DNA of 64,000 nt from Heteronotia binoei (Eukaryota): assembly GCF_032191835.1 (NCBI RefSeq), contig NC_083225.1, positions 41,044,001 to 41,108,000 on the forward strand. Reading direction: 5' to 3'. How positions within the stretch are numbered: the first letter of the stretch is position 1; each line of letters opens with the position of its first letter. Positions 62,394 through 64,000 of this stretch are shown in pieces. The notes below the pieces were generated by a model. It was not told the DNA's origin, did no database searches, and saw only the letters and a list, made by a program, of their open reading frames with translations. The translations under genes and the position numbers were made by a program.

Positions 62394-63128
62394 ATCACTT
62401 GCTGGATAGCAAGCTTCTACAGAGCTTCCAGAGTGGTTTTGTTTGTTTGTTGGCTGATTTCTGAAAAGATTTGCTACTAGTGCCCTGCCTCCTGATTTTC
62501 TTGGCGTGTGTTCTCCAAGGACCAACGTGATGGTGAGGCTGGTCATTGAGCAATGGAGCAGATGACCTTAAGGCTTGTTATTTTCAGTAATTACATATCT
62601 TGGTGCTCAGCTTGTGTTTTCTGACCCAGTTTCTCATGGTCTGTTGTCCATGGACCTGCCTTGACACTGATGAGATCAGAACACTGTCTCCTCTTCTTCC
62701 AGTCACCTTACTCTGATATTACATGACTTCCTGCCTGGTATTTATTTTATTTTATTATGTGACTTCCTGCTATGAGCCCACTTGTGGGAAAGGGTGTGCA
62801 CAAAAATAAGTAAATAAATAGTAAGATAGGCATATGGCTTTATGGGTTAGGGTTAGTGGCTGCCACCATAGCCTTAAAAATGGCTCCCATATCCATTTGT
62901 TAGTTGATTGAAAAAATCTTGCATGCATCATTTCTACTTGGTTATATCTATATAAATTTGCTTTTGAATAAACAAGTCTTAAGGAAAAACATACTCTTTT
63001 TTGTGTTTAGACGATTCTCCTATGTCTTAGAGTCAGCATTTTAGAAGAGGCATTCCTTGTGTGAGAGAAGGGAAGCCTTCCATCTTTATGTTTTATAACT
63101 TTTTTTTGTTAAAAAATAATTAAAATCT

Positions 63129-63330
63129 GGTAGTGAAAAGTGCCATTAAGTCACAGCTGACTTAAGACAACCTGCAGGATTTTCAAGGCAAGAGACATTT
63201 GGGGGTGGTTTGTCATTGCTAATATCTCAGTAGCAATCATGGGATTCCTTGCTTGGTGGTTTCCCACCCAAGTTCTAACCAGGGCCAACCCTGCTTAGAA
63301 TCCAAGATCTGACTAGCTTGGGCCATCCAC
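63129..63330 (-). mobile_element. 5S rRNA-derived SINE, degraded
   Basis: cccacccaagttctaaccagggccaaccctgcttag is reverse-complement 5S rRNA; tail matches the other copies. Confidence 0.8.
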
Positions 63331-64000
63331 TGAGTGACTAATTGGAGTACCTCTTTAAATTGATCAAAAATTAATGGCTTGATGGATCAGTGCATATATT
63401 TGGATCTTCAGTAAACTAAGATCTGCCTCTGCCAAACTTTTAAAATATTAAGATACATTTGTGCTTTGTGACTCTGTAGTACAAAACAATATACATTAAA
63501 TTATACAGTATTTGGAGACACCCAAAGTACTACTTGTCATCACTTTGGAAGGTTCACTGTGGACAAAGTTTCAAGCTTGAAGATCTTTGTGCTTGACTTA
63601 TGATGGGTTTATATAGTTATTGTATTCATAGTTATTCATGGTATTATTCTTAGTTTATTCTCCTTTCCATGAATCTCTCTTGGACTGGGCAAAAGCCTGA
63701 ACCACTTATTACAAGATATGCCAATGGCGATCCAGGTAATTGTGTGTTCACTTTCTTGCACATTCCTATTTCTTTGATTCTGCATACCTCCTGTCTCCCA
63801 CTTCCCCTTAACAGTGGAAAGAGTTAGAGTAGGACAATCTTTTTTTGTGCTGAATGAGATGGCAGTCCTGAGAATTTTTGTGTCATTTTTGAGTTCTACT
63901 AGTGTGAGGGTTTTCTGTAGATGCATGCTCATAAAACAGCAGATCTGGACTGTGCTGTAATTTTCTATGTTCATTTGAGGAAGCTGGCATTATTTCTTAT

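Noticed and set aside
63800-63900. Possible PCCA exon 19 after ttaacag
   Set aside because: The required phase gives an immediate stop and there is no similarity to the WELSVKLHD segment; exon 19 probably lies beyond the window

Overview
Vertebrate (squamate, probably gecko, inferred from the repeat families) genomic DNA lying entirely inside the propionyl-CoA carboxylase alpha gene PCCA on the + strand. Nine coding exons are recoverable. They correspond to human exons 10-18, have identical lengths (103, 95, 151, 144, 75, 69, 76, 111, 103 nt; 927 nt in total) and GT-AG boundaries, and join in one open frame covering the biotin-carboxylase domain. The rest is intron, densely filled with transposon relics: many hAT-type MITEs with 8-bp TSDs, two long palindromic MITEs, MIR-derived (Squam3-like), Sauria, tRNA/CR1 and 5S-derived SINEs, CR1, L2 and BovB fragments, and Penelope-like pieces. 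The most unusual items are: (1) a Ty1/Copia LTR-PBS-gag fragment rearranged with an inverted LTR copy inside a MITE; (2) a Penelope-type minimal hammerhead ribozyme with a catalytic-core mutation; (3) a 286-bp CpG-rich near-perfect palindrome whose only mismatches are CpG transitions; (4) a MITE family carrying KLF, octamer and CCAAT motifs; (5) a Gly>Glu change at a widely conserved biotin-carboxylase position; (6) several repeat-free candidate enhancers. I found no support for a new protein-coding system. All alignments were done by eye, and family names and human numbering are from memory.
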